A stretch of 64,000 nt of DNA from Candidatus Woesearchaeota archaeon (GCA_965205335.1 OZ242164.1:192001-256000), one strand, 5' to 3'. Shown: positions 38,977-49,387, counted from the stretch's first letter. The notes: generated by a model not told the origin, from the letters alone. Numbers and translations: made by a program.

Positions 38977-39876
38977 CTAATCATAATGCTTTGTAGGAAT
39001 CACAAAATAACCACAACCTAAATTTATATTATTATTTCCTGAATAATCCTCTGGCAAAGCAGGAAAACTCTCATTTATTATCTCAAACTCTTCATTCTCA
39101 GTCCTCCATTCCTGAATAATAACACCACTCACAGAATCTGTTGCAGAATCCGAAACTAAATAATTTATATTTCTCACAAAAAAATTTCCATACTTTGATG
39201 CAAGTCTTGAAAAAAAAGTCTGAACTCTATTTACTCTAACTCCAATTACTTCTCCTGCATCTCCAAAAAATCCTCCACTCAAATCAGGTGAATTAGGGAG
39301 TCTGTATATAAAATAATATACCATCAAATTCTCCCCTTCCAAAACTGATAAATCTGAAAGAACACCCTGAGACAAAGTTACATCATTCAAATTAGATGTC
39401 TCTTGTTCCTTAAACAAATCCTCATAATCTTCATCACCATAAATCTTCTCAAGTTTAGAACCCAAATCAGATATATCATTCTCTGCTTTTGCAAAACCAC
39501 AAAATACACATATACTTTTTCCATAAGAATTTGCCGCCATAATATCTCTTCCATTTGCCATCTTATAATAACAATCCTTAGACAACTCTGCCAAAGGTTC
39601 TACATTTTTATTTCTTATCTCAATAGTCTTTGAAGGACAAGTACCTGCTAATGTCTTAATAAGAATTCCCTTAGGTTCTGTCAATCTATTAAAAAAAGTT
39701 TCATCAGGTTTCATATTATCCACAAAAAAATTACACTCAATTAAAGATGACTCATATTTTGAATCTCCTATCTGAAAACTAATGAATATTACCAAAACAA
39801 TAAATGAAAATATAGCAATTATTATAAGTAGAATCTTTGAATAAACTACATTTCCTTTTCTATCTAACTTATTCAT
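38977..39876 (-). CDS. Membrane-anchored protein with class III (pilin-like) signal peptide
   Basis: MNKLDRKG followed by a hydrophobic stretch; several Cys. Confidence 0.6.
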   Translation of the reverse strand: MNKLDRKGNVVYSKILLIIIAIFSFIVLVIFISFQIGDSKYESSLIECNFFVDNMKPDETFFNRLTEPKGILIKTLAGTCPSKTIEIRNKNVEPLAELSKDCYYKMANGRDIMAANSYGKSICVFCGFAKAENDISDLGSKLEKIYGDEDYEDLFKEQETSNLNDVTLSQGVLSDLSVLEGENLMVYYFIYRLPNSPDLSGGFFGDAGEVIGVRVNRVQTFFSRLASKYGNFFVRNINYLVSDSATDSVSGVIIQEWRTENEEFEIINESFPALPEDYSGNNNINLGCGYFVIPTKHYD

Positions 39877-41125
39877 CTTCAATATCAAATAACTGCCTTG
39901 CAATTAATTTTGCATCAAATTCTAATAAATCATCATAACTCTGTCCATTGCCGAGAAAATATATAGGCCTATCTATTGAATACGCTGTTGTCACAATAGA
40001 GCCCGGCTTTTCATCCGTATCAACCTTTGTTAGAATTATACCATCAATCCCAACTCCCTTATCAAATAAATAAATCTGCTCTGTTAAATCATTTCCTGAA
40101 ATTAAGTCCCCAATAAAAACTGCCATCTGAGAATTAGCTACCCTTCTAATTTTTTGCAGTTCCATCATTAAATTTGAATTATTGGGCATTCTTCCAGCAG
40201 TATCAATTAAAACAACATCTATTTTCTTTGCTTTTGCATGCTCAATTGCATCATACGCTACTGCTGCTGGGTCTGAACCTTCTTTGTGCAATATTAACCT
40301 AAAATCCAAATTCTTTGAATGTTCCTCAAGTTGTTCAACAGCAGCAGCCCTAAAAGTATCAGATGCAGCAACCACAACAGACAAACCATTCTCCTTTAAG
40401 AAATTAACAATCTTTGCAATTGTTGTTGTCTTTCCCGTGCCATTCACACCAAGAATTAAAATTTTAACAGGAGACTCTTCCTCTCTCACTTCATTCAACC
40501 TTTCTAAAAAATCCCCTTCCCTATCTTTAAGAATTGTTTCAACTTCCTCCTCTAACACACTCCTGATTTTTTGAGACAACTTAAACCTGTTAAAAGAATT
40601 ATCCACAAGTTCTTCTTTTAATCTCTGCCCTATTTTTTCAACCACTTCATAAGCTATATTAATCTCAAGCAAAAACAACTCAAGTTCTAACCAGATTCTA
40701 TCAAAATCCTCCTCCTTTATCTTCTTTAACTTCAACTTTGTAAATACTTTTTTTAGAAACCCTTTTTTCTCTTCCTCTAAAACCTCTTGTTCTTCTTGCG
40801 TATTCTCCATGTCCTCTTCTATTTCTGCCAACTCCTCATCATCATAAGGCTCACCTACTTCATCTTTGGTTCTTGACCTTTTTCTATTCTGTCTCTTTGG
40901 TTCTTTTTTCTCATCAGAAACATCCTCTGAATCTTTTACATAATCATCCTCAAAATCTTCACTTTTCCTTTTTCCAAATATCCTCGACAAAATCCCCCTT
41001 TTCTCTTCTGGATTATCAGAAATTTCATCAACTGATACCTCCACTTCTTCATCAGGATTTTCCTCAATTATCTCCTCTGATTTCTCAAAAACATTCTTTA
41101 ATTTGTCTTTTATCTTTCCAAACAT
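39869..41125 (-). CDS. ftsY: Signal recognition particle receptor FtsY
   Basis: Acidic N-domain, GVNGTGKTTT, DTFRAAAVEQL, DTAGR, TKVD. Confidence 0.96.
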   Translation of the reverse strand: MFGKIKDKLKNVFEKSEEIIEENPDEEVEVSVDEISDNPEEKRGILSRIFGKRKSEDFEDDYVKDSEDVSDEKKEPKRQNRKRSRTKDEVGEPYDDEELAEIEEDMENTQEEQEVLEEEKKGFLKKVFTKLKLKKIKEEDFDRIWLELELFLLEINIAYEVVEKIGQRLKEELVDNSFNRFKLSQKIRSVLEEEVETILKDREGDFLERLNEVREEESPVKILILGVNGTGKTTTIAKIVNFLKENGLSVVVAASDTFRAAAVEQLEEHSKNLDFRLILHKEGSDPAAVAYDAIEHAKAKKIDVVLIDTAGRMPNNSNLMMELQKIRRVANSQMAVFIGDLISGNDLTEQIYLFDKGVGIDGIILTKVDTDEKPGSIVTTAYSIDRPIYFLGNGQSYDDLLEFDAKLIARQLFDIEDE

Positions 41126-41142
41126 CTAATACTTCCAAACCT

Positions 41143-41185
41143 ATTACATTTATAAGTCTTAAGATTAACTTACACGAATTAATTT
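41143..41185. repeat. 43-bp direct repeat, copy A (contains the ftsY TATA box)
   Basis: ATTACATTTATAAGTCTTAAGATTAACTTACACGAATTAATTT; 38/43 identical to 44603-44645. Confidence 0.8.
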
Positions 41186-41387
41186 AGAAATCTATTTTGA
41201 ACAATTTCAAAGCATATATAAAAAATTTATACTTATTTGTAACAAAACACTGTATATTTAAGTTACAATACCTCCTTCACTTCAACTTGTGAAATAATTA
41301 CAAAAGTTTTCTCCCTATACTTCTATCAGCATATCATTATGCTATGTTATTGGAATTTCTTCTCCTATCCCAATATCTCTTCTGGTA

Positions 41388-42257
41388 TCACTTACTCTTC
41401 TTGAACTTTATCTCCCAGAATTTGTTCTTCGTGTCAATTATGCATGTTTCCCCATATGGAATTGATATGTTAGGATTTATATGTCCAATCTTCTGGTTCA
41501 TTATAACAGGAATGCGAAAGTCCTTGAAAAACTCCCTTAAATAATCATTTATGTCTTCACTTGCCTCTCTGAAATCTCCTAAAATAACTCCCTTGACTGA
41601 ATCAAATTTTCCTGCAAGTTTCAACTGCCATAAAATGTCATACACCCATGGTGATTCGCCCGTTAATTGTTCAAAGAATAAAATTTTCCCTTTTGTGTCA
41701 ATCTCATAGGGAGTGCCAAGAGTTCTTCCAACGAGGATCGTGTTACCTCCAGTTATCTCTGCCTTTGCATATCCTTCAACAATCACACTATCATTTCCTT
41801 TTATACCAATCCTGTAATCTTCTCTATTAAGAGCCTTTTGAAGATAGTGAACAGTTTCCATACCTGGTCCTCTGGTAAAAAGACCTTTTGATGCTATGTT
41901 GGGTCCATGTATACACCTAACGTCTGTCCTTGAGTAAAGAGCCAAAAGCAGTATAGTTATATCACTGAACCCAATAAGTGTCTTAGGACTACTGATTTTA
42001 TGATAATTAATACTCTCAAGTATACTTACAGCTCCCATCCCTCCTCTTACTGGGAAAACAATATCTGACTTAGGGTCTGCAAGGGCTTTGTTGATTTCCT
42101 CTATTCTTCTCTTAGGAGTTCCCGCATAATACAAGTATTTTTGGGTGATACCTTTCAAGTTCTTACATTCAAAACCAAGTCTGCGAACATTCTCCATTGC
42201 ATTTTTCAACTTCTTATCCGTTATACTCCCTGAAGGGGCAATTAAATGCACTTTCAA
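41388..42257 (-). CDS. S66 peptidase (LD-carboxypeptidase/MccF family)
   Basis: IAPSG, RGGMG, GFSDIT (Ser), HGP, GGN, LFFEQ (Glu), IGH (His). Confidence 0.9.
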   Translation of the reverse strand: MKVHLIAPSGSITDKKLKNAMENVRRLGFECKNLKGITQKYLYYAGTPKRRIEEINKALADPKSDIVFPVRGGMGAVSILESINYHKISSPKTLIGFSDITILLLALYSRTDVRCIHGPNIASKGLFTRGPGMETVHYLQKALNREDYRIGIKGNDSVIVEGYAKAEITGGNTILVGRTLGTPYEIDTKGKILFFEQLTGESPWVYDILWQLKLAGKFDSVKGVILGDFREASEDINDYLREFFKDFRIPVIMNQKIGHINPNISIPYGETCIIDTKNKFWEIKFKKSK

Positions 42258-43390
42258 ATTCGAGTCACCTCTTCAAAATTATGATCTCGTCTGGGAATTC
42301 TCTCACTCAACACACTCCCAAGAGGAATTGGATGTAGTGCACCTCCCAAACCATTACCATGTTGGGGACTTCTCTTCCAGTCATCCCATCCAATGATGTG
42401 GTAACTTCTACGTTCTTTTTGTCCAATTTGAGCCCTCCTTTCCACTGCATCAACAATATCTGGGTTAATATTAAGAATAACTTCAGTGTAACTCCCCTCT
42501 TTTCCTCTTATCCCATAAAGACTGCCTGCCCCTGAACCATTAAACTCAAGTACATTAGGTCCTCTGAAATCCACTGAACCGTAAATAATTTTTCTACCTG
42601 GAGGAGAATCCAGAAAACGTTCAACAACATCTACTTGATTCCTATCACGTGGTTCATCTATATAAACCTCTGAAACTCTCTCACTACCATAACCACCTTC
42701 CATGCAATTCACTCTTACCCTATTATGTATCCTTCCGTCTAATATAAAGTACCTAATTTCCTTGCTAGCAGGTACAAATCCCTCAAAACAATAATCTCCT
42801 AATCTTTCGCAACTATCAAAATATCCAGACACCTGCTCTGGAGAATCCAGAAATACAATTCCTTCTCCTCTTTCTCCTATTTGTGGCTTTGCTACAACTC
42901 TCTGTCCCGACCTGAGTATTCTCTCAAGGTCTTTGCGATTCTCAGGTTCCACAGAAGGCATGTATGGAAGATAAGGCCTAAGTACCTTCTTCTGTACATT
43001 CTTTAAACTGTACCAATTAACTTCAGGTGGATTAACCATCAGCCTATGATTCTTCGATAACATTTGAATTGCTCTTAAAAAATCCTTTGGCTTGCTTAAA
43101 TCACGCGTACCCCGCACAGTATCCTGCCCATATCCTTGCATAAAAAAAATGTCTCCTTCCGGTACACAATTTCTTCCCACTTGCTTAAACTTCCCATCAT
43201 CTAACCTGTGTATTCCACCAAAAATACCTCTCTTGGGATCCACAACATCATCTGAAAAAACAACTCTCATATCATGCCCTCTATTCTCAAACTCTTTGTA
43301 TTTCCCAAGAATATACTCATAATCTCCGTTCACTTTCCCCTTAAAATAAGGTTCCAATCTTCTGTCTATAGACATAGTAACTCTGTTCAT
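42254..43390 (-). CDS. ATP-grasp ligase (RimK/glutathione-synthetase-like)
   Basis: MVNPP, VVAKPQIGERGEGIVFL, EGFVP, EIRYFILDG, GSVDF..VLEFNGSG; 4-nt overlap with the S66 gene. Confidence 0.78.
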   Translation of the reverse strand: MNRVTMSIDRRLEPYFKGKVNGDYEYILGKYKEFENRGHDMRVVFSDDVVDPKRGIFGGIHRLDDGKFKQVGRNCVPEGDIFFMQGYGQDTVRGTRDLSKPKDFLRAIQMLSKNHRLMVNPPEVNWYSLKNVQKKVLRPYLPYMPSVEPENRKDLERILRSGQRVVAKPQIGERGEGIVFLDSPEQVSGYFDSCERLGDYCFEGFVPASKEIRYFILDGRIHNRVRVNCMEGGYGSERVSEVYIDEPRDRNQVDVVERFLDSPPGRKIIYGSVDFRGPNVLEFNGSGAGSLYGIRGKEGSYTEVILNINPDIVDAVERRAQIGQKERRSYHIIGWDDWKRSPQHGNGLGGALHPIPLGSVLSERIPRRDHNFEEVTRI

Positions 43391-43585
43391 TCTTCTTCTC
43401 TAAAAATCTCCGAAATCAATCATTTTTGTTAAACTACACATTCTCTATACTCAGTCAATAAGCATCATATACTAGAATGTGCAATTTATACATTATAAGT
43501 ATTCTTCATATAATATAATTTTTATGTATTAAATACTTGGAAATTTTGAATAAACTTATAAATAAAGTAAAAATATACAAAATAT

Positions 43586-44554
43586 ATGATGAATTTAAAA
43601 ATTAAGAAAATTTTATATATGTTATCGGACAATTCAAGAATCAGTTCAAAGAGCATATCAAAAGAAGTAAAGATTACGCAACAAGGCGTAAGTTATCAAA
43701 TATCCAAACTTAAAAATACGGGTATAATCAAAAATTTCAGTCTTGTGGCAGATTCCGCAAAATTCGGATACAGCAATTTCTGCGTACTTATAAGGCTGAA
43801 AAAATACTCAAGAAATTACATCAGAGAGATTATCCGAGAACTCCAAAAGTACAAAGAAATTATTGCAATTAATATTTTGTTTGGAAACTACGACATTTTC
43901 CTGAAATTCTCAACTCACAACTCATCTCAGTTCAACAAAATTCTAAGAGAAATTATTAATAATAATTCCAATAAATTAATAGATTATACAATCCTGACAC
44001 AAGTAGTTGTGTATCATTTTTCAAGAGGCTATCTCTCAAGAAGAAAAACAATAAAGCAAGCAATAATTTCAGGAGACAGGGAAATTGTCAATCTGGACAG
44101 AATGAATGTTGAGATAATAAACAAACTAAATGAGAATTCAAGAAAGAATTTCTCCCACATAGCAAATGAACTAAACACAACGTCAAAAACCATAATATTA
44201 AGAGTGAAAAACTTAGAAAGAAAAAAAGTAATAAGAGAATATGGAATAAACATAAACCATACAAAAATAGGCATCAAGAAATACCTTCTATTCATAAGTT
44301 TCAATTTCATGCATTCAAAAGGGGAAAATATACTTGCGGACTTTTCACACAAATGCCCTAACATAATAGAATTAATAAAAACATTTGGAAGATGGGATGC
44401 AATTCTAGTGATAGAAGTACTAAAAGACGAGGATTTCAGAGAAGTTCTCAATATAATTAAAGAGAAATTCGCAGATTCCATCAAGTATTATGATTTCCTT
44501 GAGTCAGAGGAAACAATAGCATGGAAATATCTTCCAAAATTAAATTCCAACTGA
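43586..44554 (+). CDS. Lrp/AsnC-family regulator with two tandem HTH-RAM units
   Basis: LSDNSRIS..GIIKNF and LNENSRKNFSHIA..VIREY; GNYD and GRWD RAM motifs. Confidence 0.88.
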   Translation: MMNLKIKKILYMLSDNSRISSKSISKEVKITQQGVSYQISKLKNTGIIKNFSLVADSAKFGYSNFCVLIRLKKYSRNYIREIIRELQKYKEIIAINILFGNYDIFLKFSTHNSSQFNKILREIINNNSNKLIDYTILTQVVVYHFSRGYLSRRKTIKQAIISGDREIVNLDRMNVEIINKLNENSRKNFSHIANELNTTSKTIILRVKNLERKKVIREYGININHTKIGIKKYLLFISFNFMHSKGENILADFSHKCPNIIELIKTFGRWDAILVIEVLKDEDFREVLNIIKEKFADSIKYYDFLESEETIAWKYLPKLNSN

Positions 44555-44602
44555 TAAACTCAGGAGTTCTCAATGAGTTAAGTTCCTCTCTTATTCCCTA
44601 TA

Positions 44603-44645
44603 ATTACATTTATAAATTTTGAGATTAACTTATACGGATTAATTT
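44603..44645. repeat. 43-bp direct repeat, copy B
   Basis: ATTACATTTATAAATTTTGAGATTAACTTATACGGATTAATTT. Confidence 0.8.
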
Positions 44646-44725
44646 CGTTTTAGGTACAGATTATTTATTTAATTATCTGAAATTAAAATTAACATTATTA
44701 ATTAAATCCACTTGATTTATACAAA

Positions 44726-45232
44726 ATGGATGAGAAAGATAAAAAAGTTAATCTAAAAGTAAAAAATAGGATTGAAAGGTTAAGTAACCCTAAGTTAAAA
44801 GAGGATTTACTAACCCTCATAAAGATATTGAGGATTGGTTATGGGATAAAACCTGTAAGACCAAGAACCATAGAAGGATATGTTAACGCTCTAATTCAGC
44901 TTAGTAAATTCAAACCAAACCAGAAATTTCTCGATTATGATAAAAAAGACTTGTTAGAATATTTTAGTTCAATAGATGAAAAAGGAATTTCAAAAAATAG
45001 TTTAAATTTATACAAAATTAAAATAAAAAAATATTTTACGTGGTTATATAGAGAAAATAATTTATGTGGGAGAGAAGAAATACCAGAAATAGTTTCATGG
45101 ATAAAAATATCAAAGCAAATAAGAAAAACTAAATATATTGAAACTTCTTTTTTAACAGGACGGTTCAAAAAGGGAATAAATGAAAAGTTGGAAAATCATT
45201 CAGAACAAATAAAAAAAACACTATCCCTCTAA
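44726..45232 (+). pseudogene. Truncated tyrosine integrase (N-terminal SAM-like core-binding domain only)
   Basis: RPRTIEGY, KDLLEYF, SKNSLNLYKIKIKKYFTWL, PEIVSWIK...FLT then ends; no R-H-R-Y catalytic residues; lies next to a tRNA 3' end. Confidence 0.65.
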
Positions 45233-45321
45233 AACTTAACAGAACCCAGAAATAATCAAAATCCTACCCAAAATTGAACAGAACCGGAAGTCCGGAAATT
45301 GAAGCAGACATTACTGAAAAA

Positions 45322-45393
45322 AGCTACTGCTGGGAATTGAACCCAGGACCTGCACCTTACCAAGGTGCCGTTCTACCACTGAACCACAATAGC
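45322..45393 (-). tRNA. tRNA-Thr (GGU)
   Basis: GCTATTG/CAGTAGC acceptor, GCACC-TTGGTAA-GGTGC anticodon arm, CTGGG-TTCAATT-CCCAG T arm. Confidence 0.95.
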
Positions 45394-45482
45394 GTTATTA
45401 ACCTACAGATTTATAAATCTCTCTCACCTTAAATATTTAGTGGATTTAAAAATAATTTATACCTAAACCAACATTATAGGGA

Positions 45483-46025
45483 TTAATTCAAAAATTTACT
45501 TTTAATAATATCAAAACACATATAAAAAAATTCATCCTTACTTGGAACAAAGTCCCGTCTATTCGAGTTGTAATACTCTATTATTTCACTTATTGGAATT
45601 AATTTTATCCCCTCAACTTCCTCATTAGTATTAATTATTCTCTCATCACTTATTCGCACAAAATAAATATACCTAAACTCACTCTCATACCAGTTTGGAA
45701 TTACTTCCTCATCAAAATAGGCTATATGTTCTTCCCCTAAACCTTCCTCTGAGATTTTAATTCCTAATTCTTCTAAGCATTCCCTTACAGCAGCCTGCTT
45801 AGGTTCTTCTCCTGAGTCCACATGCCCAGATACTGATTCTGTATATTTAAGGGGATACTTAACCTCATCTGAACGTTTCTGCAAAATAATCTTATTCTCA
45901 TCAGTTACAAACCAAACCACAACTGCTCTGTGGAGTAGCCCCTTTTCATGTATCGTACTATAATCCTTAGACTCTCCTATTAGTTCATTATTCTCATTAA
46001 CTATATCAATTCTTGGCCACTGCAT
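45483..46025 (-). CDS. NUDIX hydrolase (type 1 IPP isomerase/YfcD-like)
   Basis: IHEKGLLHRAV, LQKRS..K.YP, GHVDSGEEPKQAAVRECLEELG. Confidence 0.85.
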   Translation of the reverse strand: MQWPRIDIVNENNELIGESKDYSTIHEKGLLHRAVVVWFVTDENKIILQKRSDEVKYPLKYTESVSGHVDSGEEPKQAAVRECLEELGIKISEEGLGEEHIAYFDEEVIPNWYESEFRYIYFVRISDERIINTNEEVEGIKLIPISEIIEYYNSNRRDFVPSKDEFFYMCFDIIKSKFLN

Positions 46026-46067
46026 TTTTTAGACTCATTTCTATATAACTTCCCAAACACTATCTCT

Positions 46068-46733
46068 TCATTTATACCTTATAAGTTCATTATCTACAAG
46101 CACATAATGCTGTAATTCAACTGGTCTCCAATCATCCTCTATTAAATCCGCATTAAGCCATTTTGAAAGTTCCTCTGCATTGCCTATTGTTGCAGAAAGT
46201 CCAATTATTCTAATCTTAGGATACTTGGCTTTAAAGATTGACAAAAGAATTTCAAGAGTTGGCCCTCTCTTCTCATCATTTATCAAATGAATCTCATCAG
46301 CAATAACAAGCCCCAAATCTTCAAGAATTTCTCTATTACGCCTAATTAATGAATCCAATTTTTCCGCTGTTAAAATCAGCAAATCATAATCATAATTATA
46401 TTTCTCATTCTGAATCTCTCCAACCGAAACTCTTATCTTTACTTTTTCCCCATAAACTTCCTTAAACTCCTTATATTTCTCCCAAGCCAAAGCTTTTAGA
46501 GGAACTATATAAATTACTCTCTTTTGTTTGTTTAATATTTCATCAAGCATTGCAAGTTCTGCAATAAGAGTTTTCCCTGATGCTGTCGGAGAGCATACTA
46601 CCTGATTTTTATTATTATCAAAAAGTCCCCTTTTAATTGATTTCTCCTGAGAAGGTCTTAGTTTCTCTATTTTAAGTTCTTTCAGAAATCCACGAATATT
46701 CTCAGGGATTTTCAGAATAGTTTCATCAGTCAT
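46068..46733 (-). CDS. Ski2/Hel308-like helicase, first RecA domain only (split or truncated)
   Basis: LRPSQ, PTASGKT, VPLKALA, TAEKLDS, ADEIH, GLSATIGN, WRPVEL then stop at 221 aa. Confidence 0.85.
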   Translation of the reverse strand: MTDETILKIPENIRGFLKELKIEKLRPSQEKSIKRGLFDNNKNQVVCSPTASGKTLIAELAMLDEILNKQKRVIYIVPLKALAWEKYKEFKEVYGEKVKIRVSVGEIQNEKYNYDYDLLILTAEKLDSLIRRNREILEDLGLVIADEIHLINDEKRGPTLEILLSIFKAKYPKIRIIGLSATIGNAEELSKWLNADLIEDDWRPVELQHYVLVDNELIRYK

Positions 46734-46776
46734 ACTATCTCACAAGAATTAGAATTTATAAAACTTGGGTTATACT

Positions 46777-46904
46777 GGCTCTGTCCGGAAATTGCTTTTT
46801 CCAAAATCTATGCTAACTATATTCAATCAAAGAAAAAAATTATTCGTCAAAAGTTGCTTTATTGATACAATATTTTAAGTTTTCTTGAATTTCCGGACAG
46901 AGCC
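46777..46904. mobile_element. 128-bp MITE, copy 2
   Basis: 17-bp TIR GGCTCTGTCCGGAAATT; 8-bp TSD GTTATACT at 46769-46776 and 46905-46912. Confidence 0.92.
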
Positions 46905-47316
46905 GTTATACTATTAATATTCAAAGTAAGAACAATTTTTTACAAACACAAAAATAAAATTAGATTACACAGTTGTAATTCAGTACAAAAATAGTTAAAG
47001 ATAAGTTAGATAAGTTAATTGAATTTGATAAAAATGAGTTTTCAAGTTTTTGTGATTTGTTTAAGATTTCTTCAAATTCTTTAAGTTTTTCTTTTAGTTC
47101 ATATAGTATGCTTTCAACTTCTGTCATTAATATCATAAGTAAACTATGCATTCAAATAAATTCTCTTTCATTATGTGTAGAAACATTCTTCAAGAAATTT
47201 TTACTATTAATAATAAAAATGATATAGTTTTTAACTTCAATACAAATTCTTGAAACTTATATCACAATCAATTTTCCCAAAAATTTAAAAGTAATAGAAC
47301 TTAACCCTTATTTATA

Positions 47317-47922
47317 ATGGCAATAATATTTGATTTTGATGGAGTACTCCACGATACATTTGAGTTTCACAGATGTCATATAGAGAAGTTTGCAGGAATT
47401 GAGTTATCTGAGCAAGAATTCAAAGATGTTCACAACGAAAACTTTAATAGTTATAAACACCATGGATTTAGAAGTGTAAACTGGAAAGAATATGAAGAAT
47501 TTATTTATCCAAGTATCTCCCACCTAAGAATAGAAGATAAGATTAAAGATGCAATCTCGAAACTTAGCGAGAATCACGAACTATATATAAACAGTTCAGG
47601 AGGAACTAGGTGTATTCTAAGTTATTTAGAAAATAATGGTATAGATTCCTTTTTCAGAGAAGTTTTAGGCTCGGACTTTCACAAATCAAAAGTATATAAG
47701 TTCAGGCATATTTTTGGCGAATATGGTTTAACTTCTAATGATTGCATTTTTATAGCTGACACATTAGGAGATATTTTAGAAGCAAAAAAAGTTGAAGTAA
47801 GAACCATTGCGGTTGTTTCTAAATACCACAATAGAGAAACTTTAGAGCAAGGAAGTCCATATAGGATAATTTCACATTTAGGAGAATTATATGGGATAAT
47901 AAATTCTGATTCTCCCCACTAA
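47317..47922 (+). CDS. HAD-family hydrolase
   Basis: IFDFDGVLHDT, INSS, K, FIADTLGDI. Confidence 0.88.
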   Translation: MAIIFDFDGVLHDTFEFHRCHIEKFAGIELSEQEFKDVHNENFNSYKHHGFRSVNWKEYEEFIYPSISHLRIEDKIKDAISKLSENHELYINSSGGTRCILSYLENNGIDSFFREVLGSDFHKSKVYKFRHIFGEYGLTSNDCIFIADTLGDILEAKKVEVRTIAVVSKYHNRETLEQGSPYRIISHLGELYGIINSDSPH

Positions 47923-48067
47923 TTAAAAAAATTACTCTTCTCTTCCAAAATAGCAAAATAATTTAAGAAAGGAACACAAACTCTTCAACAAAATAATTAA
48001 AGTGTTCTAATTTTTGTAAAAATTAAATAAACAAAATCTTTTAAATAAGTTTTATTTTGAAATTAAT

Positions 48068-49387
48068 ATGAGGAAAAAAAATTTATTGATAGTATTAATC
48101 TTATTATTTCTTGCTTTTTTAACTGGTTGTCAGTTTGAAGAGTCTAAACAAAAAGAGGATTTAATTCCTGATAATCCGCCAATTAACGAAGAAACAAGTG
48201 GCATTGATGTAAAAAAGAATATCTTTAACGAAGAGGAAATAAGAAATTCAGTTATCGATGAAATTAATAATTTAAGACTAGAAAATAATCTTACCTCTAT
48301 GATTTATAATGAAAATCTTGAAAACCGAGCAGAGAAATGGGCTTTATATCTTAAAAACACAAATAGTTTTGAAACGAATGAATTTGAAAAAAATTTCGCC
48401 CAGACTATTCATACAATACCTTATAGTAATAATGTGAAGAATTGTAGAAGAACTAAAACAAACAAAGAAAATGTGGAATGTCTGATGAGAAGTTTTGAAA
48501 ACTCTAAGAATATAAAAAATATTTTGAGTTACAACCAATTCGGAGTTGGAGTTGAGTCAGTCTTAGATGATAATGGAATTTACAATGTTTTATATGTTTT
48601 CTATTTTAACAATAATCTATCTACTATCTCAGACACATACAACCTGAATTTCTCAGAGATTAGAGATAGTGTTTCTCATAAGATAAAAAAAGAAAGAGAG
48701 AATAGAAATCTGCACTTTGTAAGAAGAAATTATAAATTAGATAAAATTGCAGATATAAAAGCAGAAAAACTAATTAATGAAGGGTTTCATCATACCGATG
48801 AAGAAGGGAAAAACATTGATGATATTTTAAAGGAGAACAACTTTTTCTACATAACAGCAGGAGAGAACTTATTTTATACATCCTTGATAGGAAATGAGTC
48901 TAACGAATATCTTGGAAACCTGTCCGTTTCGAAATGGTTAGAAAGTCCAGGTCACAGGAGTTTGGTTTTAAACAGAGATGACTGGCTATATAGTGATATG
49001 GGAATTGGCTTGAGTTTAGATAACAAAAATAATCTTTTAAATTTTGTTCTAATCTTTGTCACGCTATCAAAAAAAGGTACAATAGAAGCAGAAAAAGATT
49101 ACTGTTACACAATTGAATTATACGATAAAGATCTTTTTGAAGAAGGAGTCTTTGAAGAAGTAGATGTGAATGTTATAATAAATTCTAAGAGAAAAATCTC
49201 AAAGATGTTTTTAGTTGATGACTCATCTGAAGCAGAAAATTGCTGGGACGGTAACGTGGACGATATTAAAGAATGGAGAAATATCAAAAATTTAAATGAA
49301 ACCTTGAAAATCAAAAAAGGATATTCACTTCTGTTAAGAATGAAAAGGGATTCAGAAATAAATTATGTTATTAATTATATTAATTGA
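48068..49387 (+). CDS. Lipoprotein with two CAP/SCP domains
   Basis: Lipobox FLTGC; INNLR..LENRAEKWA..FGVG; FHH..GENL..WLESPGHRSLVL. Confidence 0.82.
   Translation: MRKKNLLIVLILLFLAFLTGCQFEESKQKEDLIPDNPPINEETSGIDVKKNIFNEEEIRNSVIDEINNLRLENNLTSMIYNENLENRAEKWALYLKNTNSFETNEFEKNFAQTIHTIPYSNNVKNCRRTKTNKENVECLMRSFENSKNIKNILSYNQFGVGVESVLDDNGIYNVLYVFYFNNNLSTISDTYNLNFSEIRDSVSHKIKKERENRNLHFVRRNYKLDKIADIKAEKLINEGFHHTDEEGKNIDDILKENNFFYITAGENLFYTSLIGNESNEYLGNLSVSKWLESPGHRSLVLNRDDWLYSDMGIGLSLDNKNNLLNFVLIFVTLSKKGTIEAEKDYCYTIELYDKDLFEEGVFEEVDVNVIINSKRKISKMFLVDDSSEAENCWDGNVDDIKEWRNIKNLNETLKIKKGYSLLLRMKRDSEINYVINYIN

Noticed and set aside
46960-47151. 63-aa minus-strand ORF
   Set aside because: Low complexity with no motif; possibly a decayed fragment
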